Source: Marsupella aquatica | Lineage: Eukaryota; Plantae; Marchantiophyta | Direction: 5' to 3' | Assembly: GCA_973895155.1 (NCBI GenBank) | Contig: OZ316893.1 | Coordinates: 28,096,210-28,160,209 of the forward strand | Length of the DNA: 64,000 nt | Part shown: positions 37,363-49,605 of the stretch, piece by piece | Layout: each line of letters begins with the position of its first letter | Numbering within the stretch: the first letter of the stretch is position 1 | Program-made: the position numbers and the translations under genes | The notes under the pieces: generated by a model | Databases searched by the model: none | What the model saw: the letters and a program-made list of their open reading frames with translations, nothing else | Told to the model about the DNA's origin: nothing

Positions 37363-39330
37363 CGATCTGCAGCAACAGCTCCCTACGACTAGCTGAACTA
37401 AGCAATGTGTCTGAGAGAGAGAGAGCACGCGAGAGAGCAGTGTGCGCGAGAGTGAGAGCGAGAGCGATCCAGCTCAGTCGTTTGGACTCTTCCAAGGTCT
37501 CCACTGCAATAAGAAGTGAAAGCGTGTTTGAATCGATGCTTTCCGTCTTCGCAATTACTCTCAGCCGATTTCCGCATTAGTCTCCTCCTCAGCATGATCG
37601 CCCTTTTCTACCACCTTTATCCGCAGGACTCGAGACCCCGTTATTCTATCCACGTTATTCTATCCACGTTATTCTCACGGACTCCCATTTTCCATTTCAT
37701 TATCATTGTCAGTATCTTTTTATATAAACATGAGCTCAATAGTCATGAGTTGCAGAGTCTCTTCTTATATAAATAATAAGCTCAATACTCGCGCCTTTGG
37801 GCATGTCAGCAATATAATGATAAAAGATGTAGAAAGAAAAAATAAATCAAAATAATCAAAAATTACAATACACAGTTGTGCCACTTTGAGCCACTTTAAG
37901 AGTGGTCTATCATTCAAATTTACAGGGCATAAAAATTAAAAAATCTGGGTAAGATAAGTAATAAAGTCTAAGCCTGTGTGAATTGCGTTTAGTGGGAATC
38001 ACAAAAAGTTACACGAGTGCCCAAGACAAGCAAGAATAATCAGGCTGGCCAAAAAAAGAAGTACTAATAAAATACTTTAACACAATGGACAATGATCAAT
38101 ACAAGAGAGGATACATCTATGCAAGTAAGTATTGAACATACTAGTGCATGCACATTTTGTATAATTGTACATATTCATTGTACATATTCAATATTTTGTG
38201 TATCATAATTTTTTTATAATACTGGTAAGAGTAATTTAATTGTTAATAATATTTTAGTCACTACATCAATGAAAAATATTATTCTCTCAATATTTGTGGT
38301 GATTTTTACAGTCATTTGCAATGTCATTTTCAATGCCAACAAACAAATGTAATAAGGCTCAAAGACAATAAAGCGCATGGCATGGGCATTAGTTGCAAGG
38401 TGTGGACGAGGGGCACACTCGCAATGTAGGGTAGCCCCTCGTTCTCACATGGGTGGGGAGGGAAGGGGGGGCGGCGAACGAGTGGAGTGATGGTGGATGT
38501 GAAAAAGAGAAGAACAAAAATAGGAAAATGGAGAAAAGGGGGAGGTTAAGGTTTAAAAGTAACATAAGAGAAAAAAAGGGGGGAAATGAAAAAAACACCT
38601 CTCATTTTGTTATACTTTTTTGATTGTCATAGCCAGTCTTTTGTGCAATGACATCTTTTATTCAAGAATTTTTTTGTGCAAGGAAAAAAAAGAACAGTTT
38701 TTGATTACTTTGTCACTAAAGATGTTCTAATTCATAATATTGTCACTGTTTTTTCTGTATATATAAAAATGCCACTGTATTGTATACGGATAACAAGTTT
38801 ACCAATGTAACTAGGAGAATTATATACAAAAACCATGGCATTTTTGTAAATACGAAAAAATAGTGGCAGTATTGTAAATTCATACATCTTTAGACAGTGG
38901 CAATGTAGTTAAAAGCTGGAAAAAATTAATGGGAACTTTTGTGGCTATCGTAGCCACTATTTTGCACAATGAAATCTTTCACTCAACAAAAGGTTTTTGT
39001 GCAATCATGTATTTTTAACAATTATTATTTTTATTCAACAATATCTCTTGCATCACTATCTATTTCTCAACAACATCTTTAACTAGACAACATCTTTTAT
39101 GCAACGCACAGGGATTGAAAGGATATCAACGGAATGGTCATCTTTGCTAAACCCTAAACCCTGAAACACTAAACCTAAAACCGATAATATAATGTTGCGC
39201 CAATCTATAGAGTGATCAAGTCGCGGAACTTTGACTACCTTAACACTTATCTCCGACGTCGCTGACTCTGACGCCGAGCTCCCTTATGGTCTAGGCCCGG
39301 ATAGGCCATCTGGAGAGAACTTAGCATATA

Positions 39331-39942
39331 TGGGGAGACTTGTAGGCAATGGGAAGTGACACTAGCAAAGGCAAGGCGCCAAGCTGGGGACACACACTAA
39401 GGACTTAGACTAGCTGAGTGTTGGTCGGGTCAAGGGGAAAGGGACCGGGCTCAAGGTTGACCGTTCGGACCTCCAGAGGGACTTTGAGTTCTGAGGGAGT
39501 GAGAGCTCCTCTTGGGCCCAAGGCCAATGGAGTTGACGCCATGGGCAACGGACACTTGGGGCGCGAGTTATGGCCCGATCCGGGTTTGGCCAAATGGGGG
39601 CCCCGAGCGGCGATGAGATCTTAAGGCTGAGGCATGAGCACTAGATCACAACGGGCTAAGGCACTCCGCTTGCGGACGCCTAACGAGAAAGTTATGGGCT
39701 TTGCCAGTTGGTGGCACGCCCAGTTATGCGGGATAGGGTCCGGGTTGTGGTCCAAAATTTTAGGGTTTAAATTTGGTCCGGCGGTGGCAGGTCCCCAGAA
39801 GCATATATGAGGGGAGTGGTGTCTCCCTGGGGGCTAAGGGCGAGCCGGAGTCGTGAGCCACAGCGGTCGCAACACTAAGGGAAAACTTCAAATAAACGGA
39901 AACGGCGATATCTTTCCAACAGGAAGTCCATTGGGGGACTTC
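39331..39942. repeat. Family X repeat, copy 2 (continues at 46420-46478 and 62767-62829 across nested insertions)
   Basis: Colinear with 27209-28200 once the Copia and Gypsy insertions are removed. Confidence 0.8.
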
Positions 39943-39986
39943 TGTTGGGTATTTACTCTTACGTCTAGGTTAGGTATGACGTGGTT

Positions 39987-40104
39987 GGTACAACAACGTG
40001 GGTTGGTACAACTACGTGGTTAGGTACAACTACGTGATTAGGTACAACTATGTGGTTAGGTACAACTACGTGATTAGGTACAACTATGTGGTTAGGTACA
40101 ACTA
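39987..40104 (+). repeat. 18-bp tandem repeats (GGTACAACTACGTGGTTA) in the Copia U3: 7 copies in the 5' LTR, 6 in the 3' LTR
   Basis: Direct count. The extra unit accounts for the 421 vs 403 bp LTR lengths. Several units contain ACGTG cores. Confidence 0.9.
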
Positions 40105-41517
40105 AGTTGCACACTATATCATAAGAGGCATGTGTGCTTGGAGAGGTAGAACCAAGGCTCATTGTTATGGAGCCACTTGAGAGATAGGGAGAGCTTACAC
40201 TGTGGAGACTCGGTATAGCCGACGGGCTTAGAGTTCAGTAAAGCTCTCTTGTGTGTTCCCGTGGACGTAGCCTCAAGGAAGTGAACCACGTATCTCTTGT
40301 GTCGACTATTGTGCGTTGGATGGTTCATGGGCTTGCCGTTGCGATCGTCGTCTATGCTCAACAATTGGTATCAGAGCATGCTTGGGAGGTGACGTGTGTT
40401 CGTGACGGGATTTCATGACGGTTTTTCCAGCGTTGAGTGTTGGTGGATTTTCCAGAATTCCATCGCATGGAACTTGGAGTTTATGGGCTCAACGGATAGA
40501 TCAGGGCAAGAGCTTTCTAACGGTGTGAAGAAATCGTTGAACGGAGCTCGTGGTGCAGAGAGATCTAAGTTTTCGTCGTTCTGGATTTTGTGAAGAAAGT
40601 TGGCAATCGACTCGGAGGGAGAAGCGTCAAGTGTTTTGACTCAACGGAGAGATTGAGGCAAGACGATTGTTTTTGAGTCCGGGATTGGCTCTTTGATGCA
40701 AAGAGGAAGGCTAAGCAAAATCAATTACCTTGTTGGACTTGGTGACGGCACCAAGTGCAATTGATCAACATTCGTTGTTGACAAGGTACCATTTTTTTCT
40801 CTTTGAAAAACTGATTCGAAATTGGCTATGGCAATTGAGAGAAATCTGTCATCTTTACCAATTTTTTTCTCCCTCGTTCTTTCCTCGTTTTGGGTGCTTC
40901 TTATATCGATCTTCATCGCCTCGGAGTCTAGTTTCCAAATCTGAAATCGGATCTTGATTTCGTCAAAACCCAAGTGAGATATCTTGCGTTTGGTGTCGAG
41001 GGGTACATTCTGCCGTGTGTATTTTCTGCGCGCGCGACCAGATTTCGACGACGAAGGGTGGTAGGGGGTTTTGGGGGTTCGAGGACACATGTCAGCCCCT
41101 CGATTGTTCTTCCAAAATTCCCACAGGGCCTGTACAAGGGTCATAGAATATTCCAAAAAACCATAGAGCTATTTTTTGACCGTTCGACAAAGATTTCATC
41201 CGCCGAACGGTAACTTTTTTGGTTATTTTTTGGCGAGGTCGTAGCCATTGAAGTTGGCAATGCAGCGCACCAATCACATCGCAATTCCGACAACGGGTTG
41301 TACTTGGTATTTCGGTTATTCCCTGAGGTGGTCAAAACGGTGGAGTTTCCCAAGGTTTTACCCACCTCGACCGAAATTTGAATAACTTTTCCGTCAAATT
41401 TCAATTTTGATTTTGGTTTTCAGTATTGGACTCCTAGCTTTGTGGGCTACGCGGCGGTGTTGAGTTTCAAGTTTTTTGAGAAGTTGTGAAAAACAACATT
41501 TTTTGTGACTTTCTCAT

Positions 41518-42552
41518 ATGAGTGATTCGGAGGAGTTTTTCGAAGACGTGGAACTTGAAGCACGAGGATCACCGCGGAGGTTTCAGGGGCAGAGAGAGGA
41601 GCAGGAGGAAGAGCACGTGACACCGATACCATCACTGGTGCGGCGTGTGGTGGAGGAAGCAGTACTACTACCGGAGCTCACGGTAAAGAAGAAGATGGGG
41701 ACTTTCAAGCTTGGGGGACCCAAGTATGAAGTGACAAAGTATGATGGGCGCTCTGACTACTTGCTATGGGAGAAGCAGGTGAAGGGAGTGCTTTATGCGT
41801 CAAGGATGGGCCAACTGCTGAGCCCTCGTGAAGACGATGTTGATGAGAAACAATGGGACCGCATGCAGGAGCAGGGAGTGTGGTGTGTTACACTCTATCT
41901 CATGCCTCCCATCATCAAGCAGTTAGGTGCACATAAGGATTGCATGTCCTTGTTTGCGGAATTGCAGAGCAAGTATCACCGCAAGGAGTTGTCGAACCGG
42001 CTCTACACTTCCTACAAACTGATGAGTTTCAGGATGAAGGAATCTGGTACGAAGTTGCAAGACCATGTGGATGCTTTCAACGACATGGTCGTTGACTTGG
42101 AAAACCTTGGGGAGACTTTGAATGATGAGACGAAGGCTCTGCAGCTTCTTAGTTCATTGCCTCCATCTTACCAGTCCCTATCACGAGTGTTGTTGCATCG
42201 TGATAGGGATACCATTTCATACAATGACGTGGTAAGTTCTCTGCTTAGTGATGATCTTCAGCAGAAGATGCACATCACGTCACAGCCTTCATCATCTGGT
42301 GCTGCCCTCAATGTTAACCGTGGAAGGAGTATGCAGCGACCAACTGGGGACCGTAGAACCCAGTTTAGATCTAAATCCAGATCTAAGTCCAAGGGTAAAT
42401 CCCCTCAGAGGAGGCAGGTGACATGTTGGAAGTGCAACCAAGTTGGACACTTCAAGCGAGACTGTAAGGGAAAGGCAGCGGAAACTTCATCGGCAAATGT
42501 GGCTAGGGCTGATGGAGAAGCTGATTTACTCAATGATGAGTATGTTTTATGA
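41518..42552 (+). CDS. gag: Copia Gag
   Basis: KYDGRSDYLLWEKQV, UBN2-like region (ALQLLSSLPPSY), zinc knuckle CWKCNQVGHFKRDC. Confidence 0.92.
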   Translation: MSDSEEFFEDVELEARGSPRRFQGQREEQEEEHVTPIPSLVRRVVEEAVLLPELTVKKKMGTFKLGGPKYEVTKYDGRSDYLLWEKQVKGVLYASRMGQLLSPREDDVDEKQWDRMQEQGVWCVTLYLMPPIIKQLGAHKDCMSLFAELQSKYHRKELSNRLYTSYKLMSFRMKESGTKLQDHVDAFNDMVVDLENLGETLNDETKALQLLSSLPPSYQSLSRVLLHRDRDTISYNDVVSSLLSDDLQQKMHITSQPSSSGAALNVNRGRSMQRPTGDRRTQFRSKSRSKSKGKSPQRRQVTCWKCNQVGHFKRDCKGKAAETSSANVARADGEADLLNDEYVL

Positions 42553-45500
42553 AGCCGGGGGTATGCCCTGTGCACGTCATCTAGGAGAGCAGATGATGTG
42601 TGGATTCTTGATTGTGCTTGCTCTTTTCATATTTGTTACATTCGTGAGTTTTTCAGTTCTTACTCTGTTTCAAACGGTTCAGTTCTGATGGGAAATGATC
42701 ACTCCTGTCAAATTGAGGGAATTGGGTCTGTGAAGATTCAAATGTTTGATGGCGCTGTGCGCATAGTGTCTGGAGTCAGGTATGTACCTGGCATGCGTAA
42801 GAATCTGATTTCACTCGGTGTGTTGGATTCAAATGGTCATCAATGGAGCGTTATTGATGGTGAACTTCAAGTCAGGTCGGGAGAGACAGTGATTTTGAAG
42901 GGGAGTAGACAAAAGAATTTGTATGTGTTACAGGGCAATACTGTATGTGGAGAGGCCAATGTAACCAAGTCTCACGAGGAGATGACTCAACTGTGGCATT
43001 CACGGCTAGGCCACATGAGTGAGAAGGGTTTGGCTATCTTACGGAAGAATGGACTCATTTCTGATTTGCAATCTTGTAAATTAAAGTTTTGTGAGCATTG
43101 CATTCTTGGAAAGCAGCATCGTCGTGCTTTTGGTGTTGGAACTCATCGTTCCAAAGCGGTTCTTGAGTACATACATAGTGACGTGTGGGGTCCATCCCCG
43201 ACTCCCTCACACTCTGGAAAGTTGTACTATGTATCATTTATTGATGATTACTCAAGATTTGTGTGGATTTATTTCATGACGCATAAGTCTGATGTCTTGT
43301 CCATTTTTAAGAAGTGGAAGGCCCAGGTGGAGAATCAGACTGGAAACACGATCAAGTGTTTGGATACAAGGGTGAAGAGTCTGAGGTCAGACAACGGCGG
43401 GGAGTACACTTCAATGGAATTTGAAGAGTACTGTTCAGAACAGGGGATAACTCGCCATCTCACCACAGGTTATACTCCGCAGCAGAATGGTGTCGCTGAG
43501 AGGCTCAATCGGACACTGTTGGAGCGGTCACGGAGTATGTTGAGCCAATCAGGTTTACCACAAGAATTTTGGGCAGAAGCTGTCAATACCGCAGCTTATT
43601 TGGTAAATCTTTCTCCTTCTAGTGCTATCAATTTCAAAACGCCGTTTGAGATGCGCTATAAGCGGCAAGCAGACTATCATGGCTTGGTAATTTTTGGAAG
43701 TGATGCATATGCTCTCACACCAAAGCATAATAGGACCAAGTTGGATCCTACCTCCAGGAAATGTGTTTTTCTTGGGTACCAGAGTGGTGTGAAAGCCTAT
43801 AGGCTATGGGATCCTATTGCCTGTAAGCTCGTTGTCAGTAGGGATGTTTCCTTCAATGAATCCAGATTATTGAAGGAGGGGGAGAATACTCAGGTCTCCC
43901 GTACTGACAAAGGAAAATCTCCTATCCCGGATCTCGTTGAGGGGGAGATTGGTTATGAGGTGCATGACCGGAGAGAAGGAGTTGCTCCAATTATGGAGCT
44001 GGTTCCTATGCCAGAGGAACCAGAGGAGTTTGTTGATGCTGGTGAGAAACAAGTGGATGCTGTTGAGCTTCAAATTGTACCAGCACACGCAGATCAACCG
44101 GAGTCATCGGCTAGAAGAACATCTGGTCGCACTGTACGCGCTCCATCAAGGTATGGACAGTGGGTTGATTCATCTCAACTGCAAGAGGATGATTTTACAG
44201 CTGATGATGAGGGTGATGCGTTAATTTTGGAAGAAGGAGAACCTTCTTCATTTCATGAGGCAAGTGCTTCAAAAGAGAAGCAGAAGTGGACTGCAGCAAT
44301 GCAAACGGAGATGCAGTCACTAAAGGACAACAAAACTTGGGAGCTTGTTAAGCTGCCTAAGGGTCAGCAAGTGGTGGACAGCAAGTGGATTTACAAGCTG
44401 AAGGATAATTCCATAGGAGGTGGATCGAAGGTCTACAAGGCTAGATTGGTAGCAAAGGGATTCACACAAGAGAAAGGTGTGGATTACAATGAGGTCTTCT
44501 CACCAGTTGCTAAGTACTCTACAATACGACTATTGTGTGTACTTGTTGTAATGTTTGGTCTGCTCCTAGATCAGATGGATGTTGTCACAGCTTTCCTCTA
44601 TGGCACATTGGAAGAGGTGATCTTCATGAGACAACCGCTAGGTTTTGTGAAGAGAGGACAGGAGGAATTGGTTTGCAGATTGCTGAAATCCTTGTATGGG
44701 TTGAAGCAGTCACCAAGACAGTGGAACAAGCGGTTTGACGATTGGATTCGGTCACAAGGTTTTCACAGAAGTGTATTTGACCCTTGTGTGTATTTGAAAC
44801 CGGTGAAGAATGTTGTCTTTGGGTTCATTGTTTTAGTACTTTATGTGGATGACATGCTAATTGCAGCCAAGGATAGGTCTGAGATTGTTAAGCTCAAGGC
44901 ACTGCTTAGTGCAGAGTTTAAGATGAAGGACTTAGGGCCAGCTAAGAGGATTTTGGGTATGGAGATCACTAGGGACTTGGAGGCTGGCAAGCTATGGTTG
45001 ACGCAAAGCAGTTATGCGAGGAAGGTAATTGCAAGGTTCAACATGGAGAATAGCAAGCCAGTAAGTACCCCGTTGGGTCCACACTTCAAGTTATCATCAG
45101 TGTTCTGTCCTACGGATGACACAGAGAAGGGGTTGATGTCAAAGGTTCCATATGACAAGGCAGTGGGGAGTCTCATGTATTTGATGACTTGCACTAGACC
45201 TGATCTTGCCATGGCTATGGGCAAGGTGAGCAGGTACATGTCGAATCCAGGGAAGGTACACTGGGAAGCAGTGAAGTGGATTATCAGGTACTTGAAGGGT
45301 ACCGTGGATCATGGTCTTTTATTTGATGCGAATGCAAAGAATGCTAGATCATTGATTGGCTATGTAGATTCTGACTATGGACAAGATTTGGACCGAAGGA
45401 GATCAACAACAGGATACGTGTTCACACTTGGCGGTGGATGCATAAGTTGGAGGTCTACTTTGCAGAAGTGTATTGCTCAGTCTACTACAGAAGCGGAGTA

Positions 45501-45825
45501 TGTTGCAGCTGCGGAAGCAGCAAAGGAAGCGATTTGGTTGGATAGACTTATCACTGAAATGGGATTGCCACAGGGGAATGTGAAGCTCCATTGTGATAGT
45601 CAAAGTGCGCTCCACCTTGCTGTGAACCAGGTGATGGACAGCAGAGTGAAGCACATTGACGTCAGGTACCATTTTATCAGGCAGGCTGTGTCTGATAATT
45701 TGTTTGAGCTAGTCAAGATTGATGGTAAACTCAACCCGGTTGACGCATTTACCAAAGTGATTCCTTTGGAGAGTTTCTCTAGACACCGTGACGTATTGCA
45801 GGTTTTGCAATTGCATCACAAGTAG
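42553..45825 (+). CDS. pol: Copia Pol (protease, integrase, RT, RNase H), in frame after the gag stop
   Basis: WILDCACSFH, LWHSRLGH, HSDVWGP, RSDNGGEY, PQQNGVAER, KARLVAKG, SLYGLKQSPRQW, LYVDDML, YVDSDY, KHIDVRYHF. The frame is uninterrupted. Confidence 0.95.
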   Translation, partial: SRGYALCTSSRRADDVWILDCACSFHICYIREFFSSYSVSNGSVLMGNDHSCQIEGIGSVKIQMFDGAVRIVSGVRYVPGMRKNLISLGVLDSNGHQWSVIDGELQVRSGETVILKGSRQKNLYVLQGNTVCGEANVTKSHEEMTQLWHSRLGHMSEKGLAILRKNGLISDLQSCKLKFCEHCILGKQHRRAFGVGTHRSKAVLEYIHSDVWGPSPTPSHSGKLYYVSFIDDYSRFVWIYFMTHKSDVLSIFKKWKAQVENQTGNTIKCLDTRVKSLRSDNGGEYTSMEFEEYCSEQGITRHLTTGYTPQQNGVAERLNRTLLERSRSMLSQSGLPQEFWAEAVNTAAYLVNLSPSSAINFKTPFEMRYKRQADYHGLVIFGSDAYALTPKHNRTKLDPTSRKCVFLGYQSGVKAYRLWDPIACKLVVSRDVSFNESRLLKEGENTQVSRTDKGKSPIPDLVEGEIGYEVHDRREGVAPIMELVPMPEEPEEFVDAGEKQVDAVELQIVPAHADQPESSARRTSGRTVRAPSRYGQWVDSSQLQEDDFTADDEGDALILEEGEPSSFHEASASKEKQKWTAAMQTEMQSLKDNKTWELVKLPKGQQVVDSKWIYKLKDNSIGGGSKVYKARLVAKGFTQEKGVDYNEVFSPVAKYSTIRLLCVLVVMFGLLLDQMDVVTAFLYGTLEEVIFMRQPLGFVKRGQEELVCRLLKSLYGLKQSPRQWNKRFDDWIRSQGFHRSVFDPCVYLKPVKNVVFGFIVLVLYVDDMLIAAKDRSEIVKLKALLSAEFKMKDLGPAKRILGMEITRDLEAGKLWLTQSSYARKVIARFNMENSKPVSTPLGPHFKLSSVFCPTDDTEKGLMSKVPYDKAVGSLMYLMTCTRPDLAMAMGKVSRYMSNPGKVHWEAVKWIIRYLKGTVDHGLLFDANAKNARSLIGYVDSDYGQDLDRRRSTTGYVFTLGGGCISWRSTLQKCIAQSTTEAEYVAAAEAAKEAIWLDRLITEMGLPQGNVKLHCDSQSALHLAVNQVMDSRVKHIDVRYHFIRQAVSDNLFELVKIDGKLNPVDAFTKVIPLESFSRHRDVLQVLQLHHK

Positions 45826-46944
45826 AGTTTTCTTAAACATTCATTGTAATTACTGATATATGCTCTTCCTCATTCCTATGTATTAGGCTACGGCTTAGTT
45901 CTGGTTTGCTCTAGTTAGAGAGGGAAACCGGTTTGGTTTCTGTCCAGAACTTCCCGCTGAGGGATCATATACATTGGCAGTATTACTCTCCCCTAGACCA
46001 GAGTCAAGGGGAAGATTGTTGGGTATTTACTCTTACGTCTAGGTTAGGTATGACGTGGTTGGTACAACTACGTGGGTTGGTACAACTACGTGATTAGGTA
46101 CAACTATGTGGTTAGGTACAACTACGTGATTAGGTACAACTATGTGGTTAGGTACAACTAAGTTGCACACTATATCATAAGAGGCATGTGTGCTTGGAGA
46201 GGTAGAACCAAGGCTCATTGTTATGGAGCCACTTGAGAGATAGGGAGAGCTTACACTGTGGACTCTCGGTATAGCCGACGGGCTTAGAGTTCAGTAAAGC
46301 TCTCTTGTGTGTTCCCGTGGACGTAGCCTCAAGGAAGTGAACCACGTATCTCTTGTGTCGACTATTGTGCGTTGGATGGTTCATGGGCTTGCCGTTGCGA
46401 TCGTCATCTATGCTCAACAACTTCTTGGGTGCATTGGAAATCTCTCAAGGAGGGCTACGCCCTTCTGAGCTCAGTTGGTGTGACGCCGCCGGAATGGCGG
46501 TTAATGAGTGATTCAGTCTAACTGCGCTCGGCACGCGCGTTAGGTGGGTCTTAGGCCGCTATTATTAGCATAACGACAGTATTTAGGTAATCATTAGGGG
46601 TAGGACATCATTAGGCAATAAGGGGGACTTCAGGTTCGGGCTGGCGGCGGGTCGCTATTCGCACACCCGGATTACGAGCGTGGAGGGGCCCCTCCCTCGG
46701 GTCCGTATAACGAACTTAAAGAAGCGGCCACTGACGCACGCTGACTCAGACTGGCGGAGTGGCCGGTACACCACAAGCGTGAGCGGTTCAACCTATGGGC
46801 GTCGAGGAGACGTCGGGGATCGACAAGCCCTCAAAGTATAAAAGGGGAGCCAACCCTTTGTAGTGCACCAGTCCATCAGTCCGCGCGCCAGCTTCGACCC
46901 CAGCTCTCTCGTTCTCTCTAGGTCGCCCATACTATCTCCTCTGA

Positions 46945-49605
46945 ATGTCGCACACGATCCTCTCCAGCTCGGCCATTCGATTCTGGACGCAGTTCCTATC
47001 TACCGGAAGGCACTTGGCCGATTCATTGAAACACGCCAACCCGCGCCGATACGAGATCGAACGCGAATACGAGAGAGCCATCCGCCTAGCAGGACGACAC
47101 CACTACGTCCTTAACTTTGACTACCCGTCTCAGAGCGAGCATTACCGACCAGCTGAGGTATCTGGGTACTTCTTCAACGGAGACAAATATATCGGGTTCT
47201 GGGAAGCATTGCTTCGGCTTCCGGACGAGGTCTTCAAAATCCCGGGTATAATCGACCTGCAGCGACATCACTTCAACCACATCCCTGCCCAGGTTCGGGC
47301 TGTCATTAACGGCGAGTCCAGTACCAACCGTTCGACAGGGGCGTCCGCACTCGCTTCGGAGAACTTCTACCAGCACCTGTAGAGCTTCATGGGAACTCGA
47401 CCATCAACCAACGTGACCAACTCAGCCGGACCCGTACCCGTACTCGTACCCGTGCCCATGCAACCCCAGCCTCAACCTCAGCTTCAGCTTCAGCCTCAGC
47501 CTCAGCCGCAGCCTAGCCAAACCCCACCACCTATCACCCAGCCAGCACAGGTACGCTCCGTCATCAACGCTGTGGATCTTAGCGATGACGACGAGGCTAC
47601 CCCACCCTTGACCAGGCCGCCCAGAGGAACAAGCGCTCGGGGGGCCGACACTATATCGTCCCCACCCCCTGCTCTGACCCCAGGAGCGGCCCCAGCAGAC
47701 AACATAGTGACCGTGGCCGCCCCGGGCCCGTTACCAACCACAGTGGCACTCCCCAGGCCCGATCGGGAGGATGGGGAAGTATCACCTTCCCCGAGTCAGT
47801 CACGGGGAAAGAAGAGGAAGGAATCCGCCACTGCATCCGGGTTACCGTTGGCCACGGTAGCCGTAGCCAAGGTGACGATGCATCGCATGGGGGAAAACGT
47901 TCATAGCAACATCCTCCATCCCAAGCATGCGGTGTACCTGAAGACTCAGGGATTTGAGCACCTCGCCTCTCTCCCCTAGAACACTTGCAGGTACTACAGG
48001 GAGGACATGACAGAATTCGTCAAGAATTATGACGACGTACGTCAATAGACTCGGCTGCGGGGAAGGAATATGTCCCTCACAGAGGAACGGCTCAAGATGA
48101 TCTTCGGGTTACCCGAAGGTGACCATCGAGTCGAATCACGGGCTCCCGGAGGCAAGGGGGCCAAGTACCAATCTTCAAGTTTTCCCTCAGAGAGATCAGT
48201 AGACAACGGGTTCGTGATGAGGACCTGCCTCATGCCCGAGATAGCTGAGCGGCTGGAGTTCCAGAGGTACGCTCTCCACATGATGGAACCCCGGGGGGAG
48301 ATCTCCGCCGCCCGAGTTATCCAGGTCGAGAACTATCGACCTAGGAAATGGGCGTCGTACTTCGCTAAGAAATTCCATGAAGAGATGGAGCGGCGAAGGA
48401 AGACGCTGTACATTGGCGGGAAGGCGTATTTTGCTAGCCACATCGAAATCATTCTTGAGTGGTACGCCCGGTTTGATCGACGAACCCTTCCCCGCATCAA
48501 CGTTACAAAGTTAGTCCCAGCTAGGTGGGTTTTTCCGGCATTGGAGAGACGGCCCCAACCCGAGGCCCGAAGTCCAGTGGACACGCCAGCTTCACCCACC
48601 CCACCTCCACAAATAGCTATAATCGTAACCGAGGAGGCGCCGGAGGGGTCGGTCGTCGCAACCGTTGATGCGACCCAACTAGCCGGGCTAAGTACAGAAG
48701 TTGGTACGGCAGAGGTCTTACCCGAACCCGGGTCTCCCAAGGACCCGCCGGTGGCAATTCCGGAGAACCGGACATCGCTGCAGGAGGACACTCTAGCCCC
48801 TTCCAACGTTATGTCCCCAGGGCTGGACGTCACTGCCCCGGCCCCTGCGCGTGTTGATGTCTGCCCGTGCCCAAATCCGGACAAGCACAACTTGGACCAC
48901 CCGGAACTCTTCGTACAGGTTACGTTTCTGAACGGGCTTCTGGGAGATTTCTCTCATCAAATTTCCCGGGATACCGGGGAGTTCATGGCCCGGAAGGTAG
49001 CCTGTTTCTTCAATCAGGAGTTGGTTGCCGCCGTAAAGGCAGGTCGGGCCCAGTCGGAGGCCCTTCAAAGGATAGAGCGGTACCGGGTGGAGTCCGTGTA
49101 CCTAAAGAACGAAGTGGCGGCTCAAGAGGCTGAGCTTCTGCAACTACGACCCAAGGTTGCAGCCGCCGATGAGTTGTTAGCAAAGGCGTACCCTCTTACC
49201 GCCCTAGCCGAACAGGCCAAAGCTGGGAACGAGGCCGAGATTACACGACTCCGGAACCAGATTGATAGTTTGAAGAAACAAGCTGTCACCTGGCAGAAAG
49301 ACCTGGAGGAGGCCGAGGAGCGAGCCCAGCGGGACGCGACGGAGATAGCCACGCTGCAGGCCGAGATGGCGCGGCTCCAAACCGAGGCCGAGAAGCAGGA
49401 CCAGCTGGCGGGTAAACTGACGAGCGACGCCTAGCAGCTGGAGGAGGCATGTCAGGAGGCAGCAGAGGAGACGGACGTGGCGAGGCGAGAGAACGAATCT
49501 CTGCTGGACCAGGTCCAGCTCCTCAAAGCGGACAATGACAGGCTTCGAAGGCAGCGGGATGGCCGTTCCCATTCGGGCGGCTCTGGCAAGCGTGCCAGGC
49601 ATTAG
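46945..49605 (+). pseudogene. LTR-encoded protein of about 886 aa (5' LTR copy)
   Basis: A single frame from ATG 46945 to TAG 49603 with four premature TAGs (47380, 47977, 48046, 49432), all sense codons in the 3' LTR. TATAAAA at 46837. LTEERLKMIFGLP and KWASYFAKKF motifs, then a C-terminal coiled coil. Confidence 0.85.

Larger units (their letters stand above)
39943..46419 (+). mobile_element. Full-length, young Ty1/Copia LTR retrotransposon
   Basis: LTRs 39943-40363 and 46017-46419 (TG..CA, near identical). TSD ACTTC. PBS TGGTATCAGAGC (tRNA-iMet) at 40366. PPT AAGGGGAAGAT at 46006-46016. Domain order gag-PR-INT-RT-RH. Confidence 0.97.

Noticed and set aside
38400-39190. Hairpin ACGAGGGGC/GCCCCTCGT, AT-rich short repeats and AAACCCT motifs upstream of OCT as a Helitron, MITE or telomere
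   Set aside because: No consistent termini, TSD or CTRR end was found, and the telomere-like units are few and degenerate.
40396-41500. ORFs in the long Copia 5' leader
   Set aside because: Short, on both strands and without motifs. Consistent with an untranslated leader.
7269-46424. Same TSD ACTTC for solo-LTR A and the Copia element
   Set aside because: The elements are unrelated and other family A sites differ (CCAGC, CCAAA), so this is probably chance.
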